From: Candidatus Nomurabacteria bacterium | GTDB lineage: Bacteria; Patescibacteriota; Minisyncoccia; Phycocordibacterales; UBA9973 | Reading direction: 5' to 3' | Assembly (NCBI GenBank): GCA_943359425.1 | Contig: CALRHN010000001.1 | Location: 1-28,537 of the forward strand | Length of the DNA stretch: 28,537 nt | Part shown: piece by piece, positions 7,538 through 15,912 of the stretch | Layout of the letters: every line of letters begins with the position of its first letter | How positions within the stretch are numbered: position 1 is the stretch's first letter | The notes under the pieces: generated by a model | What the model was told of the DNA's origin: nothing | Seen by the model: only the letters and a program-made list of their open reading frames with translations | Databases searched by the model: none | Translations under genes and position numbers: made by a program

Positions 7538-8916
7538 AAAATATTCCACTCAAACTCCATAACAGCCTGACGAAAACGATCGAGGACTTCGTTCCGATTA
7601 CTGAGGGAAAAGTCGGCCTCTATACGTGCGGACCGACGGTCTACAACGTCGCCCATATCGGCAATTTCCGCGCATATATATTTGCCGACATTTTGCGCCG
7701 CACGCTCGAGTATGCGAACTACGATGTCACGCACGTAATGAATCTCACCGATGTCGACGACAAGACTATTCGCGACAGCCAGAAGGCCGGCGAATCGCTC
7801 AAAGCTTTCACGGAAAAATATACGGATATCTTCCTCGCTGACCGTGATGCACTCAATATCGTTCCCGCACATCAATACACGAAGGCGACGGACTATATTC
7901 CTGAAATGGTCGCAATTATCGAGAAGCTGCTTGCGAACGGACACGCATATACTGTTGAGGACCTGCCTGCGCAGGCAGGCGGCAGCGTTTATTTCAAAGT
8001 CGCAAGCGATGAGAAATACGGCCAGCTTGTCCCCATCGATCGTGAATCACTCAAAACAAATGCGGGAGGGCGCATCAAGAGCGATGAATACGAGAAGGAC
8101 GGCGCGCAGGATTTCGCTCTCTGGAAGGCATGGGATGCCGCTGATGGCGATGTATTCTGGGACACTGCACTTGGCAAAGGACGTCCCGGATGGCATATCG
8201 AATGTTCAGCCATGAGCATGAAGACGCTCGGCAATCATTTCGACATCCATACGGGCGGCGTGGACAATAAATTCCCCCACCACGAGAACGAGATCGCGCA
8301 GAGCGAATGCGCTACCGGGGAGCATTTTGTGAATTACTGGCTGCACAATGAATGGCTTCTCGTCGACGGCAAGAAAATGGCCAAGTCTGCCGGCAATTTC
8401 CATACCCTCGATGATATCCGCGCGAAGGATATTCCTCTCCTTGCCTTCCGCTACTTGCTCTTGCAGACGCACTATCGCACGCCGCTCAATTTCACCTGGG
8501 AATCACTCGAAGCGAGCGAGACTGCTCTGAAACGTTTGTACGCAGTCTACGAAGCGTTAGGAGATGCCGTTGGTGCTGTGTCGGACTCATATAGAGAAAA
8601 ATTCGCAGGCGCCATGGCTGATGATCTCGGCGCACCGCAAGGCCTCGCCGTCATGTGGGAACTCGCAAAAGACACTTCCCTCTCTACAGCTGACAAGAAA
8701 GCAACGATGCTCGACCTCGACAGAGTTCTCGGCCTCGGCCTGGCGCAGATCGCCCATGAAGCTCTGCCGGAAGAAATAGAAAATTTGAAAATAGCTCGCG
8801 ACAACGCTCGCGCGGAAAAAGACTGGGCGCGATCCGACGTGTTGCGCCAAGAGATGGAGAATCTCGGCTATGTAGTGAAAGACACTGACGACGGCCAAGT
8901 CGTCACGAGAAAATAA
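7534..8916 (+). CDS. cysS: Cysteine--tRNA ligase (460 aa)
   Basis: YTCGPTVYNVAHIGNFR (HIGH), DFALWK, GRPGWHIECSAM, HTGGVDNKFPHHENEIAQ, KMAKSAGN (KMSKS). Confidence 0.97.
   Translation: MKNIPLKLHNSLTKTIEDFVPITEGKVGLYTCGPTVYNVAHIGNFRAYIFADILRRTLEYANYDVTHVMNLTDVDDKTIRDSQKAGESLKAFTEKYTDIFLADRDALNIVPAHQYTKATDYIPEMVAIIEKLLANGHAYTVEDLPAQAGGSVYFKVASDEKYGQLVPIDRESLKTNAGGRIKSDEYEKDGAQDFALWKAWDAADGDVFWDTALGKGRPGWHIECSAMSMKTLGNHFDIHTGGVDNKFPHHENEIAQSECATGEHFVNYWLHNEWLLVDGKKMAKSAGNFHTLDDIRAKDIPLLAFRYLLLQTHYRTPLNFTWESLEASETALKRLYAVYEALGDAVGAVSDSYREKFAGAMADDLGAPQGLAVMWELAKDTSLSTADKKATMLDLDRVLGLGLAQIAHEALPEEIENLKIARDNARAEKDWARSDVLRQEMENLGYVVKDTDDGQVVTRK
7962..7979. repeat. 18-bp perfect palindrome inserted in frame in cysS (encodes LPAQAG)
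   Basis: CCTGCCTGC|GCAGGCAGG within ...AYTVED-LPAQAG-GSVYF...; second copy at 19396-19413. Confidence 0.75.
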
Positions 8917-8936
8917 AATTTGAAAACAAATCTTCA

Positions 8937-8976
8937 ATATCTAAATAACACCACGATCGTGGTGTTATTTAGATAT
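8937..8976. repeat. 40-bp perfect palindrome (ACGATCGT family); probable bidirectional terminator between cysS and the histidine kinase
   Basis: ATATCTAAATAACACCACGA|TCGTGGTGTTATTTAGATAT, no loop or mismatch. Confidence 0.85.
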
Positions 8977-8993
8977 GTCTACTTGAAAGAATA

Positions 8994-10376
8994 TTATTTC
9001 GTCACTGCAAGTTCGAATATGAAAGACGAGCCTTTTCCTGCGCCCGCCGATTCGGCCCAGACGCGGCCTTTGTGCGCTTCGATGATCTGCTTGGCGAGAT
9101 AAAGCCCGAGACCGGAGCCGCCCGTGTTGACCTTGCCGCCTTCACCGCGGTTGAATTTCTTGAAGAGCGTCGGCAACGTCTCAGCAGATATGCCCATGCC
9201 GTTATCCGTGACGGAGAATACGACGTACTGCGGATCTTTTTTCACAGACACGGTGATAGTGCCGCCTTTCTCGGTGTATTTGATGCTGTTATCGATCAAG
9301 TTAAGCATGACTTGGCGGATTTTTTCCATGTCGCCGTTCACCATGATCGGATTCGCTTCGGGAGATGAGAATTCGAGTTTCAGGCCTTTGTGCTCGGCTG
9401 TGATAGACAGATCGCGGGCCAAATCGCTCGCCGCAGTTTTTATATCGAACGGCGCCATCTCGTATTTCATGCCGCCTTGCTCGATCTTCGTCACGTTGAG
9501 CAAATCTTCGACGACTTTCGTGAGATGATTCGTCGATTCGAAGACACGATCGATAGCGTCTTTCTGATTCTTGTTCACTTCGCCGAAAGAGCCTTCGAGA
9601 AGCATGGATGTGTAGCCTTTGATGGCCGTGAGCGGAGAGCGGAGCTGGTGGGATGCGAGGGAGAGAAATTCTGTCTTCAATTTGTCGAGTTCTTTCAGTT
9701 TCTCGTTCGCATCCTGCAATTCTTTATACAGGAAAGCCTTGTCGAGAGCAACGGCGATCACGTCGATGAAGCTGTTGATAGATTCCTGCTCGAATGTATT
9801 GAGCGTGTCATAGTTGCGGTTGAGGCCGAAGATGAGCGCGCCCAAGACTTCGCTCTCGGTCTGGAGTGGATACGAAAGGATCGTTTTCAAATGCGACTCC
9901 GTCGTGATCTTGGAAAGTTTCTCTGCAGGGATGAGACCGCCCCAGACGTCATTGATATCGTCGGAGAGGATGCGTTTCTTCTCGTAGATGACTTTCTTGA
10001 AGAATTCGTGATGCGAGACATCTGAAATGGTTACGTCTTTGAAAAGGAAGCCGAGCTGTGTGAGCATCTCCTGCATCCGCTCGGATTTCGCGAATGTCAG
10101 CGGCGTGAGCAGATCTTTTGTAGCATCGAATACTAAAATACCTGCGATCTCCATGTTCAGATCGGCGCGAATCGTTTCCGCTATTTTTTCAGAGAGTGCC
10201 GTCGGATCGAGCTTGAGGAGAGAAAGTTGATAGAGTTTGCGCAGGAGGGAGAGCGTCTTATTCGTGACCGCAAGCTCGGCATTCTGTTTGTAGAGGGTTT
10301 CATTGACACCTTGGAGGCTGTCATCCGGAAGAGAAGCTCCCGGCTCCTTTTGTTTTTTTGATCGAGAAAAAAACAT
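8994..10376 (-). CDS. Cytoplasmic GAF-domain sensor histidine kinase (460 aa)
   Basis: H box FLSLASHQLRSPLTAIKGY, N box QVMLNLIDNSIKYT, G1 VTDNGMGI, F box LFKKF, G2 GSGLGLYLAKQIIEAHKG. GAF-like N-terminal region; no transmembrane helix seen. Confidence 0.93.
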   Translation of the reverse strand: MFFSRSKKQKEPGASLPDDSLQGVNETLYKQNAELAVTNKTLSLLRKLYQLSLLKLDPTALSEKIAETIRADLNMEIAGILVFDATKDLLTPLTFAKSERMQEMLTQLGFLFKDVTISDVSHHEFFKKVIYEKKRILSDDINDVWGGLIPAEKLSKITTESHLKTILSYPLQTESEVLGALIFGLNRNYDTLNTFEQESINSFIDVIAVALDKAFLYKELQDANEKLKELDKLKTEFLSLASHQLRSPLTAIKGYTSMLLEGSFGEVNKNQKDAIDRVFESTNHLTKVVEDLLNVTKIEQGGMKYEMAPFDIKTAASDLARDLSITAEHKGLKLEFSSPEANPIMVNGDMEKIRQVMLNLIDNSIKYTEKGGTITVSVKKDPQYVVFSVTDNGMGISAETLPTLFKKFNRGEGGKVNTGGSGLGLYLAKQIIEAHKGRVWAESAGAGKGSSFIFELAVTK

Positions 10377-10381
10377 AGGAC

Positions 10382-10663
10382 TTATTTGAGGCTCGAAGGC
10401 ACTTGTTCGGGCGGTAACTCGGCTATGAGGTCCTGAACCGCTTCCTTACAGATCTCATTGGAAGCGCGACCGAAGAGATGCTCGTATTGAGCGACAAGAT
10501 TGTTTATGATTTGCTTGCTGTCTCCCGTTGTCGTGACTTCGCCTTTCGTGGAATCGACAACACTGAAGCCGGCAACTTTGCGTGCCTCATCCCAAGCCAC
10601 CGGCCCGATGATGAGTTCTTGCTCCTTGATTATTCTCACTGATATTTGATCAAAGATGGTCAT
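10382..10663 (-). CDS. Small conserved hypothetical protein (93 aa) in the sensor-kinase operon
   Basis: ORF packed between the membrane sensor and the kinase (20 and 5 nt gaps). RIIKEQELIIGPVAWDEA...LVAQYEHLFG resembles small proteins recalled from CPR signalling loci; not verified. Alternative start 10687. Confidence 0.7.
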   Translation of the reverse strand: MTIFDQISVRIIKEQELIIGPVAWDEARKVAGFSVVDSTKGEVTTTGDSKQIINNLVAQYEHLFGRASNEICKEAVQDLIAELPPEQVPSSLK

Positions 10664-10683
10664 GGCATGTATGGCGATAGCTA

Positions 10684-11520
10684 TCATACTTTTTGTTTCT
10701 TCGATAAGACTCGCGGGTCAAGCATCATGATGCCCAGAGAGAGGACGAAAACGGCCGTCGTAAACAAGAGATCAACCCAACCAGCAGGATAAAAAGTGTC
10801 GAGCGTCGTTGTATATGAAAATGAGAAATCAGCGATATACATGAGGGCGAAACCTGAAAGGATGAGATAGATGGCCTTCTTATAAACGCCGCCGAAGTAG
10901 TTGTATGAGAGTCCGTATATGACAGTTGCGATGGAGAGAATAACAACGTCTCCGACCGGATAGGCGAGATCGAAGAAGAATTTGAGCGCTCCATCAGAGA
11001 GTGAGAGATCAAGAGACCCTCCCCGGGCAACCGTGACGAGAAGATAGTATGAGAGACCTATGATGAGCGTGGGAATGAGCAATAAGAGTGCCTTGCCTTT
11101 CGAAGAACGAAGCGAGTACCGTGCTCCTGTCGCTCGAGAGAGCTGTATCATGCCCGCGACCCACAACGGCAAGCTCAATATGTATCCGACATCGGCAATG
11201 GAAGGATACGGGACGGGCACATTGAGGATAAAGTTATATACGCCGGAAAAAATATACGTACCGATCCCCCATGAGATGAGTCCGAGGGAGAAAAATACGG
11301 TAGCTCTGCCGAGGGCGCTTTTCAGAAAGCCCCAGCGCCGTGCAATAGAGAGACCGTACAATCCTCCGAACACGGGAATGAAGCCGAGGAAGAGCACTCC
11401 GTACAGGTTGTTCGAGAGAGAGTCCGTAATGTGCGCCAACCAAAGTATGGCGACGGTCAAAACGGCGAGAGCGTAGTCGATGATTAAAATATTCCGAGCA
11501 AGAGTTTTGTGTATATGCAT
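10684..11520 (-). CDS. Stand-alone polytopic membrane sensor-like protein (about 8 TM)
   Basis: Motifs VPYPSIADVGY, DLAYPVGD, MYIADF, GWVDLLF as in membrane input domains of GGDEF proteins and kinases, but no cytoplasmic output domain. Start uncertain (11520 or 11577); the track's extension to 12021 overlaps the next gene antisense. Confidence 0.75.
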   Translation of the reverse strand: MHIHKTLARNILIIDYALAVLTVAILWLAHITDSLSNNLYGVLFLGFIPVFGGLYGLSIARRWGFLKSALGRATVFFSLGLISWGIGTYIFSGVYNFILNVPVPYPSIADVGYILSLPLWVAGMIQLSRATGARYSLRSSKGKALLLLIPTLIIGLSYYLLVTVARGGSLDLSLSDGALKFFFDLAYPVGDVVILSIATVIYGLSYNYFGGVYKKAIYLILSGFALMYIADFSFSYTTTLDTFYPAGWVDLLFTTAVFVLSLGIMMLDPRVLSKKQKV

Positions 11521-11560
11521 GGAGATACCGAGGCGACCCCCTTGATGGGTCCACGGGTAT

Positions 11561-11590
11561 ATTGTAATATATTGCATATTTTTGTACAAT
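11561..11590. promoter_or_regulatory. Overlapping divergent sigma70 promoters (sensor operon / carbamoyltransferase)
   Basis: Plus strand TTGTAA(11562-67)-17-TACAAT(11585-90); minus strand TTGTAC(11589-84)-17-TACAAT(11566-61). Confidence 0.6.
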
Positions 11591-11598
11591 AGGCGCGT

Positions 11599-13326
11599 AT
11601 GAAAAAACCTGCCTATGTTCTCGGACTTAACTTTGTCTACCATGAAGTCTCGGCCTGCCTCCTCAAAGACGGCAAGCTTTTGGCGGCCGTTGAAGAAGAG
11701 CGTTTTTCCAGAATCAAACGAGGCAAGAAATGCCTGATCGATAACCCCGACGTCCTTCCCGTGCAATCGATCGAATACTGTCTCTCGATCGCGGGTATCT
11801 CTCTTCGGGAAGTCGACTACATCGGCCTGTCCTTCATGCCCGAGGATCGCCTGCGGCAGAACATCGGCGTTGACGAGTACCTCACCAAAGGCGACTGGGG
11901 AACGGCAACGGGAGAAAAGCTTTTCTATAAAAAACTCCAGAAAGTTCCGGGAATGATCAGTAAGCTCGCCGGACGAGATATGATGAAGAAGATCACCTGG
12001 GTCCCCCACCACATCTGCCATGCGAGTAGTGCATATTTTGTCTCCCCTTTCAAAGAATCTGCGGTGTTGACGATCGACGGCATCGGAGAATTTTCTTCGG
12101 CATGGATCGGCTACGGCAAGAACAATGCCATCACTAATCTCTACGAAATCTCTTATCCCAACTCTATCGGTTTCCTCTGGGAGAAAATGAGCAAATACAT
12201 CGGCTTTACCGAATACGATTCATCCAAGGTGATGGGCCTCGCCGCATACGGGAACTCGAAGAGATTTTATACAACCTTTCAGAAAATAGTGACGTTGACG
12301 CCGGAAGGGACTTTTACTGTTGACACTGACGTCATGCGCTTCCGAGTCGAAGATTACAGTCGTCTTGAAAAAATATTCGGTGTCAAAAGAATACACTCTC
12401 CGAAAGATATTCGAAAGGAGCAGAAAGATATCGCCGCCGCACTCCAGAAGATCACCGATGATGTCGTCATCCATGTCGCGAAATATCTCAAGAAGAAAAC
12501 CGGTTCGGATAATATCTGTCTCGCTGGAGGCGTAGCTCTCAATTGCGTGTGCAATAACGTTCTCATGAAGAGCGGCCTTTTCAAGAATATCTATGTACAG
12601 CCTGCTGCCAACGACGCGGGAACCGCTCTCGGAGTCGCCTACTATCTCTGGAACCAAGTACTCGGCCACAAGCGCTCCTTCGTCATGGATCACGTCTACT
12701 GGGGACCCGGATACTCTGACGCATCTATCAGATCTGCGCTCGACAAGAGCAAGGCTTCGTATCACAAGAGTGCCAATATTGCGAAAGAGCTCGCCGGAAA
12801 GATCGCCGAAGGAAATATCGCGGGTTGGTTCCAAGGACGCAGCGAATGGGGGCCGCGAGCGCTCGGCAACCGATCGTTGCTCGCCGATCCTCGCCGAAAG
12901 AACATGAAAAGGATCCTCAACGAACGCATCAAGAAGCGCGAGGGATTCCGGCCATTTGCGCCGAGCGTCTTGAAAGAAGACGCAGCAGGATGGTTCGTCA
13001 TACCGAAGAAGTCCCAGTCCATCTCGACCGAATTCATGGAGATCAATTTTGATATACAGAAATCAAAACAGAAAAGAATCCCTGCCGTGACGCACATCGA
13101 CGGAACGGGACGAGTGCAATTGGTGAATAAAAAAACCAATCCTCTCTATCACAAACTTATTTCCGAGTTTCGCCGCCTCACCGGAGTTCCAATCCTTTTG
13201 AACACTTCATTCAACGACAATGAACCGATCGTCTGCTCGCCCGAAGACGCGCTGAAAACGTTTCTGCGCACAAAAATGGACTATCTCGCCATAGGTCCCT
13301 ACCTCGTCAGCAAGAAAGCTAAATAA
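11599..13326 (+). CDS. NodU/CmcH-family carbamoyltransferase (575 aa)
   Basis: Kae1-like N domain (HEVSACL, EEERFSRIK, HHICHA, TIDGIGE, LAGGVALNC) and YrdC-like C domain (GRSEWGPRALGNRS, KKREGFRPFAPS, HIDGTGRVQ, LNTSFN). Confidence 0.93.
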   Translation: MKKPAYVLGLNFVYHEVSACLLKDGKLLAAVEEERFSRIKRGKKCLIDNPDVLPVQSIEYCLSIAGISLREVDYIGLSFMPEDRLRQNIGVDEYLTKGDWGTATGEKLFYKKLQKVPGMISKLAGRDMMKKITWVPHHICHASSAYFVSPFKESAVLTIDGIGEFSSAWIGYGKNNAITNLYEISYPNSIGFLWEKMSKYIGFTEYDSSKVMGLAAYGNSKRFYTTFQKIVTLTPEGTFTVDTDVMRFRVEDYSRLEKIFGVKRIHSPKDIRKEQKDIAAALQKITDDVVIHVAKYLKKKTGSDNICLAGGVALNCVCNNVLMKSGLFKNIYVQPAANDAGTALGVAYYLWNQVLGHKRSFVMDHVYWGPGYSDASIRSALDKSKASYHKSANIAKELAGKIAEGNIAGWFQGRSEWGPRALGNRSLLADPRRKNMKRILNERIKKREGFRPFAPSVLKEDAAGWFVIPKKSQSISTEFMEINFDIQKSKQKRIPAVTHIDGTGRVQLVNKKTNPLYHKLISEFRRLTGVPILLNTSFNDNEPIVCSPEDALKTFLRTKMDYLAIGPYLVSKKAK

Positions 13327-13831
13327 CAAATATGCAGAGTGCGACTGCGGATACCCATTCATCGCCGCCCGGATGCGCGATAGAGGCGGTTGTCGCGTGA
13401 AGAATTTCAATATCAAGTTCTGATGCGGAAACGCCTTTTTTCACCGAGAGCATTTCGAGCGCGAGCGTTCTCGCTTTTTCATCAACGGCATCTTTGCCGA
13501 GCGTCGTACTGTGAAATTCGGAAATATAACCGAATTGCTTGGAATCTTTCAGTTTTGCCATGCCGACCGATGCCGAAGCTATTTCCCCGGCCTGGTTCGT
13601 GTCCTGTCGTGCCATCACGCAGAAAGTGATCTGCCCCGGCGTGAGCATTGGAAAACCCTCTTCCGGAGTTATTATTTTACACTCTGCAGGAATGATGCTG
13701 GAAACACAGACGAGATTATGCGCGAGAGGACCTGCAGCTATGAGTGCGCGGTCAAAGGCTTGGAGATGGTCAACGTGCTGTCCGGTGCCTGATATGAAAA
13801 AAGCGTATTTGGGAAGAAAATTGTTTGACAT
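13319..13831 (-). CDS. pdaD: Pyruvoyl-dependent arginine decarboxylase family protein (170 aa)
   Basis: SGTG...LQAFDRALIAAG...NLVCVSSIIP (Ser-Ser self-cleavage site), FCVMAR, ASASVG...GYISE, C-terminal SAVALCIF. Overlaps the carbamoyltransferase 3' end by 8 bp (convergent). Confidence 0.85.
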   Translation of the reverse strand: MSNNFLPKYAFFISGTGQHVDHLQAFDRALIAAGPLAHNLVCVSSIIPAECKIITPEEGFPMLTPGQITFCVMARQDTNQAGEIASASVGMAKLKDSKQFGYISEFHSTTLGKDAVDEKARTLALEMLSVKKGVSASELDIEILHATTASIAHPGGDEWVSAVALCIFVI

Positions 13832-13846
13832 GGATTGCAGTATACC

Positions 13847-14419
13847 TTATTTGGAAGAAAATCTCGACCGCAGGGTTAGCAATAGGATCGAACCGGTATT
13901 GATGACCATATAGGCCGGGAAAATGATAATCGCAAATGTTCGGCTTCCGATCGCAAGCAGCAGATTTGCCGTATTGCCGAAAAAACTCATGCTCCACGAG
14001 AGTCTGCTCTCACTCTTGGGGTCTTTCATCGTCTTTACGAATGTGGGAATCAATCCGAGCGCATCGATGAATATACTCATCACCAGCGCCGAGACCGGTG
14101 AATCCGAAAGCGCCCAAAAAAGAAAACTGATGCCGGCGCCTATGAAGCAAACGATGTCGAGCGTCGTCCATCCTCCGACGCCATATTTTATGGAAAGTAT
14201 GGCAATACAGAGCGGTCCGATGAAATACGAGGCTGCGGACCACACGGTGTCCACTGCGCCAGAAGAATGATAGGAGAGAAAAAGCGTAAGGCCCACCAGT
14301 GTCCAGATGAACCATGTCGCGCGTTCAGGTTTCGTTTTTCTCTGTAGGACGGAGACGACATACGGCACAAATGCCAGTAATGTTACCGCACCGGCAAGTT
14401 CGCCTATGAGTGCATTCAT
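13847..14419 (-). CDS. Small polytopic membrane protein, PQ-loop/SemiSWEET-like (190 aa, 6-7 TM)
   Basis: Two internally similar halves (AFVPYVVSVLQRKTKPERATW and GLIPTFVKTMKDPKSESRLSW) with alternating TM helices. Fold assignment by resemblance only. Confidence 0.65.
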   Translation of the reverse strand: MNALIGELAGAVTLLAFVPYVVSVLQRKTKPERATWFIWTLVGLTLFLSYHSSGAVDTVWSAASYFIGPLCIAILSIKYGVGGWTTLDIVCFIGAGISFLFWALSDSPVSALVMSIFIDALGLIPTFVKTMKDPKSESRLSWSMSFFGNTANLLLAIGSRTFAIIIFPAYMVINTGSILLLTLRSRFSSK

Positions 14420-14486
14420 ACGGGAGAACTATAGCACGAGTTTAGAGGGAGATACAGGTGTCGGCAGAGGAAAAGTGGAAAAGAAA

Positions 14487-14512
14487 AGGACATCGATTTG
14501 TTTCGATGTCCT
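14487..14512 (-). terminator. Intrinsic terminator after the speA-ligase unit
   Basis: AGGACATCGA-tttgtt-TCGATGTCCT 10-bp stem, followed on the minus strand by a pyrimidine/U-rich tract. Confidence 0.7.
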
Positions 14513-14639
14513 ATCCTAAAAAATCTTCCGCACTTGTTCCAAAACAAAATGTCCCAGATGAAATCCGGTGAACAATACGAGAAAGCAAAATGTGGTGCTC
14601 ACGACCACGGCGATAAGGAGGAATGCTAGCACTTCCCCG

Positions 14640-15884
14640 TTAATTGTCAAAAATGACTGGCAACTGCACGCAATCGCTCGCTCCGTGGACAAGCATCTCT
14701 TTGCGGCCGGTAACTTTGATACCGGCAATACCCGTCGCCGAGACGTAGAGTGTTATCCGCAGATAGAATTCGGACATAACGCGAGAATCGCCTTCGAATA
14801 TCGGCAGAGAGGCCAGTTTCGGCTCCACGCGCTCTTGAACGATCCAGTGTGGAGCTTTGATATGGTGCTCGGCCGCCTCAGCGAGTATGGCAGAAAACCT
14901 TTCGGCATCGATGTCTGAAAACACGACTCCTTTCGCACCCGAAGAATAGACGGCCTTGGCGACCATTTCCGTGACTGTAGGAGATTTTGAGAATACGCAG
15001 GCCTCGTATTTTCCGACGAGCAAGGCAGTTGCCGGTATGAAACGATTCATACCTTCTTGTTTCGCCAGAAAAGGCAAGAATCCCTTGGAACCCAAGTAGG
15101 CTTTCGGCGGATACAACGCTCCCAACTCTCCCGAAGGATATCGGGCAAGAAGATATTCATGGACTCGGGGATACCGATCGAGGGATTCGGAAATTATGAG
15201 GATGGGACGCACTTTCTCTCCGTCGTGGAGAAGTTCCAGATCTTCTCCAACATCGTGCTCTCGCAAAAGGTGCACCGATATGCCTCGGAACGACATCGAA
15301 CGTGCAAGGATGGCATAGACAGTTTCGTAATACCGCTCTTTCTCCGATACGAGAATCGTCCAATCGTCTCCTACTCCCTCGTTTTGGACGGCACGAGCAA
15401 TGCTCTCCGCGATTGGATATGCGGGAACCCGTCCAGAGAGCGAGAGTGTTTCATCAAGGAGCGCAATCATCCCCAACGCTCGCGGATTATAGGTATCTAC
15501 CTCGACAATGGCATACGTCCCGTCAGTTTTCTCTACGAGATCGAGTTTCAAGAGCGAAGGAATCTTTTCCTCCGGATCTTTGCCGGGATTGAAGAGCCCG
15601 TGAGCAGCGCTCTTGCCCACATGCAAAAAACGAGCCTCTTCGTGAGAAAGGACTCGTTGATGCGCTAGCTCTGAAAAATGCTTTTCGAGATTGGCCACTG
15701 CTCCATACGCAGCCTTGGCAATCTCTTGGAGCTCTCTATGTGGGGGAGCGGTAAGGCGATATGCTCCAGGAGAAAGTATGTATGAGTGCCGAATCCGTTT
15801 TTCAGGCGTATCCCAGTAGTGTATATCGATGAGGAATCGTTTGAGTTCTGAAAAGCTTATTCCTGTGTCGATGATTTGTTCCAT
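14640..15884 (-). CDS. Circularly permuted ATP-grasp amide ligase, glutathionylspermidine-synthetase-like (414 aa)
   Basis: LKLDLVEK..G.Y.IVEVDTYNPRALG (R/K-x-D...E-x-N/D metal-binding motif), LGSKGFL, AKAVYSSGAKGV, WIVQERVE, C-terminal R-x-T...VHG. The order of motifs matches GSP-synthetase/CP-ATP-grasp enzymes. Confidence 0.72.
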   Translation of the reverse strand: MEQIIDTGISFSELKRFLIDIHYWDTPEKRIRHSYILSPGAYRLTAPPHRELQEIAKAAYGAVANLEKHFSELAHQRVLSHEEARFLHVGKSAAHGLFNPGKDPEEKIPSLLKLDLVEKTDGTYAIVEVDTYNPRALGMIALLDETLSLSGRVPAYPIAESIARAVQNEGVGDDWTILVSEKERYYETVYAILARSMSFRGISVHLLREHDVGEDLELLHDGEKVRPILIISESLDRYPRVHEYLLARYPSGELGALYPPKAYLGSKGFLPFLAKQEGMNRFIPATALLVGKYEACVFSKSPTVTEMVAKAVYSSGAKGVVFSDIDAERFSAILAEAAEHHIKAPHWIVQERVEPKLASLPIFEGDSRVMSEFYLRITLYVSATGIAGIKVTGRKEMLVHGASDCVQLPVIFDN

Positions 15885-15912
15885 AGGATAGCTCTAATTG
15901 TTGTAGTAAGAT

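Noticed and set aside
8937-8976. Long palindromes as integron attC sites, dif sites or HIP1
   Set aside because: Too short and too perfect for attC (no extrahelical bases, core sites do not fit RYYYAAC/GTTRRRY); no XerC/XerD arm asymmetry; the core is ACGATCGT, not GCGATCGC; no integrase present.
11599-13326. Carbamoyltransferase as a phage-type DNA base-modification enzyme
   Set aside because: No nucleotide hydroxymethylase, kinase or phage genes nearby; the context is chromosomal and polyamine-related.
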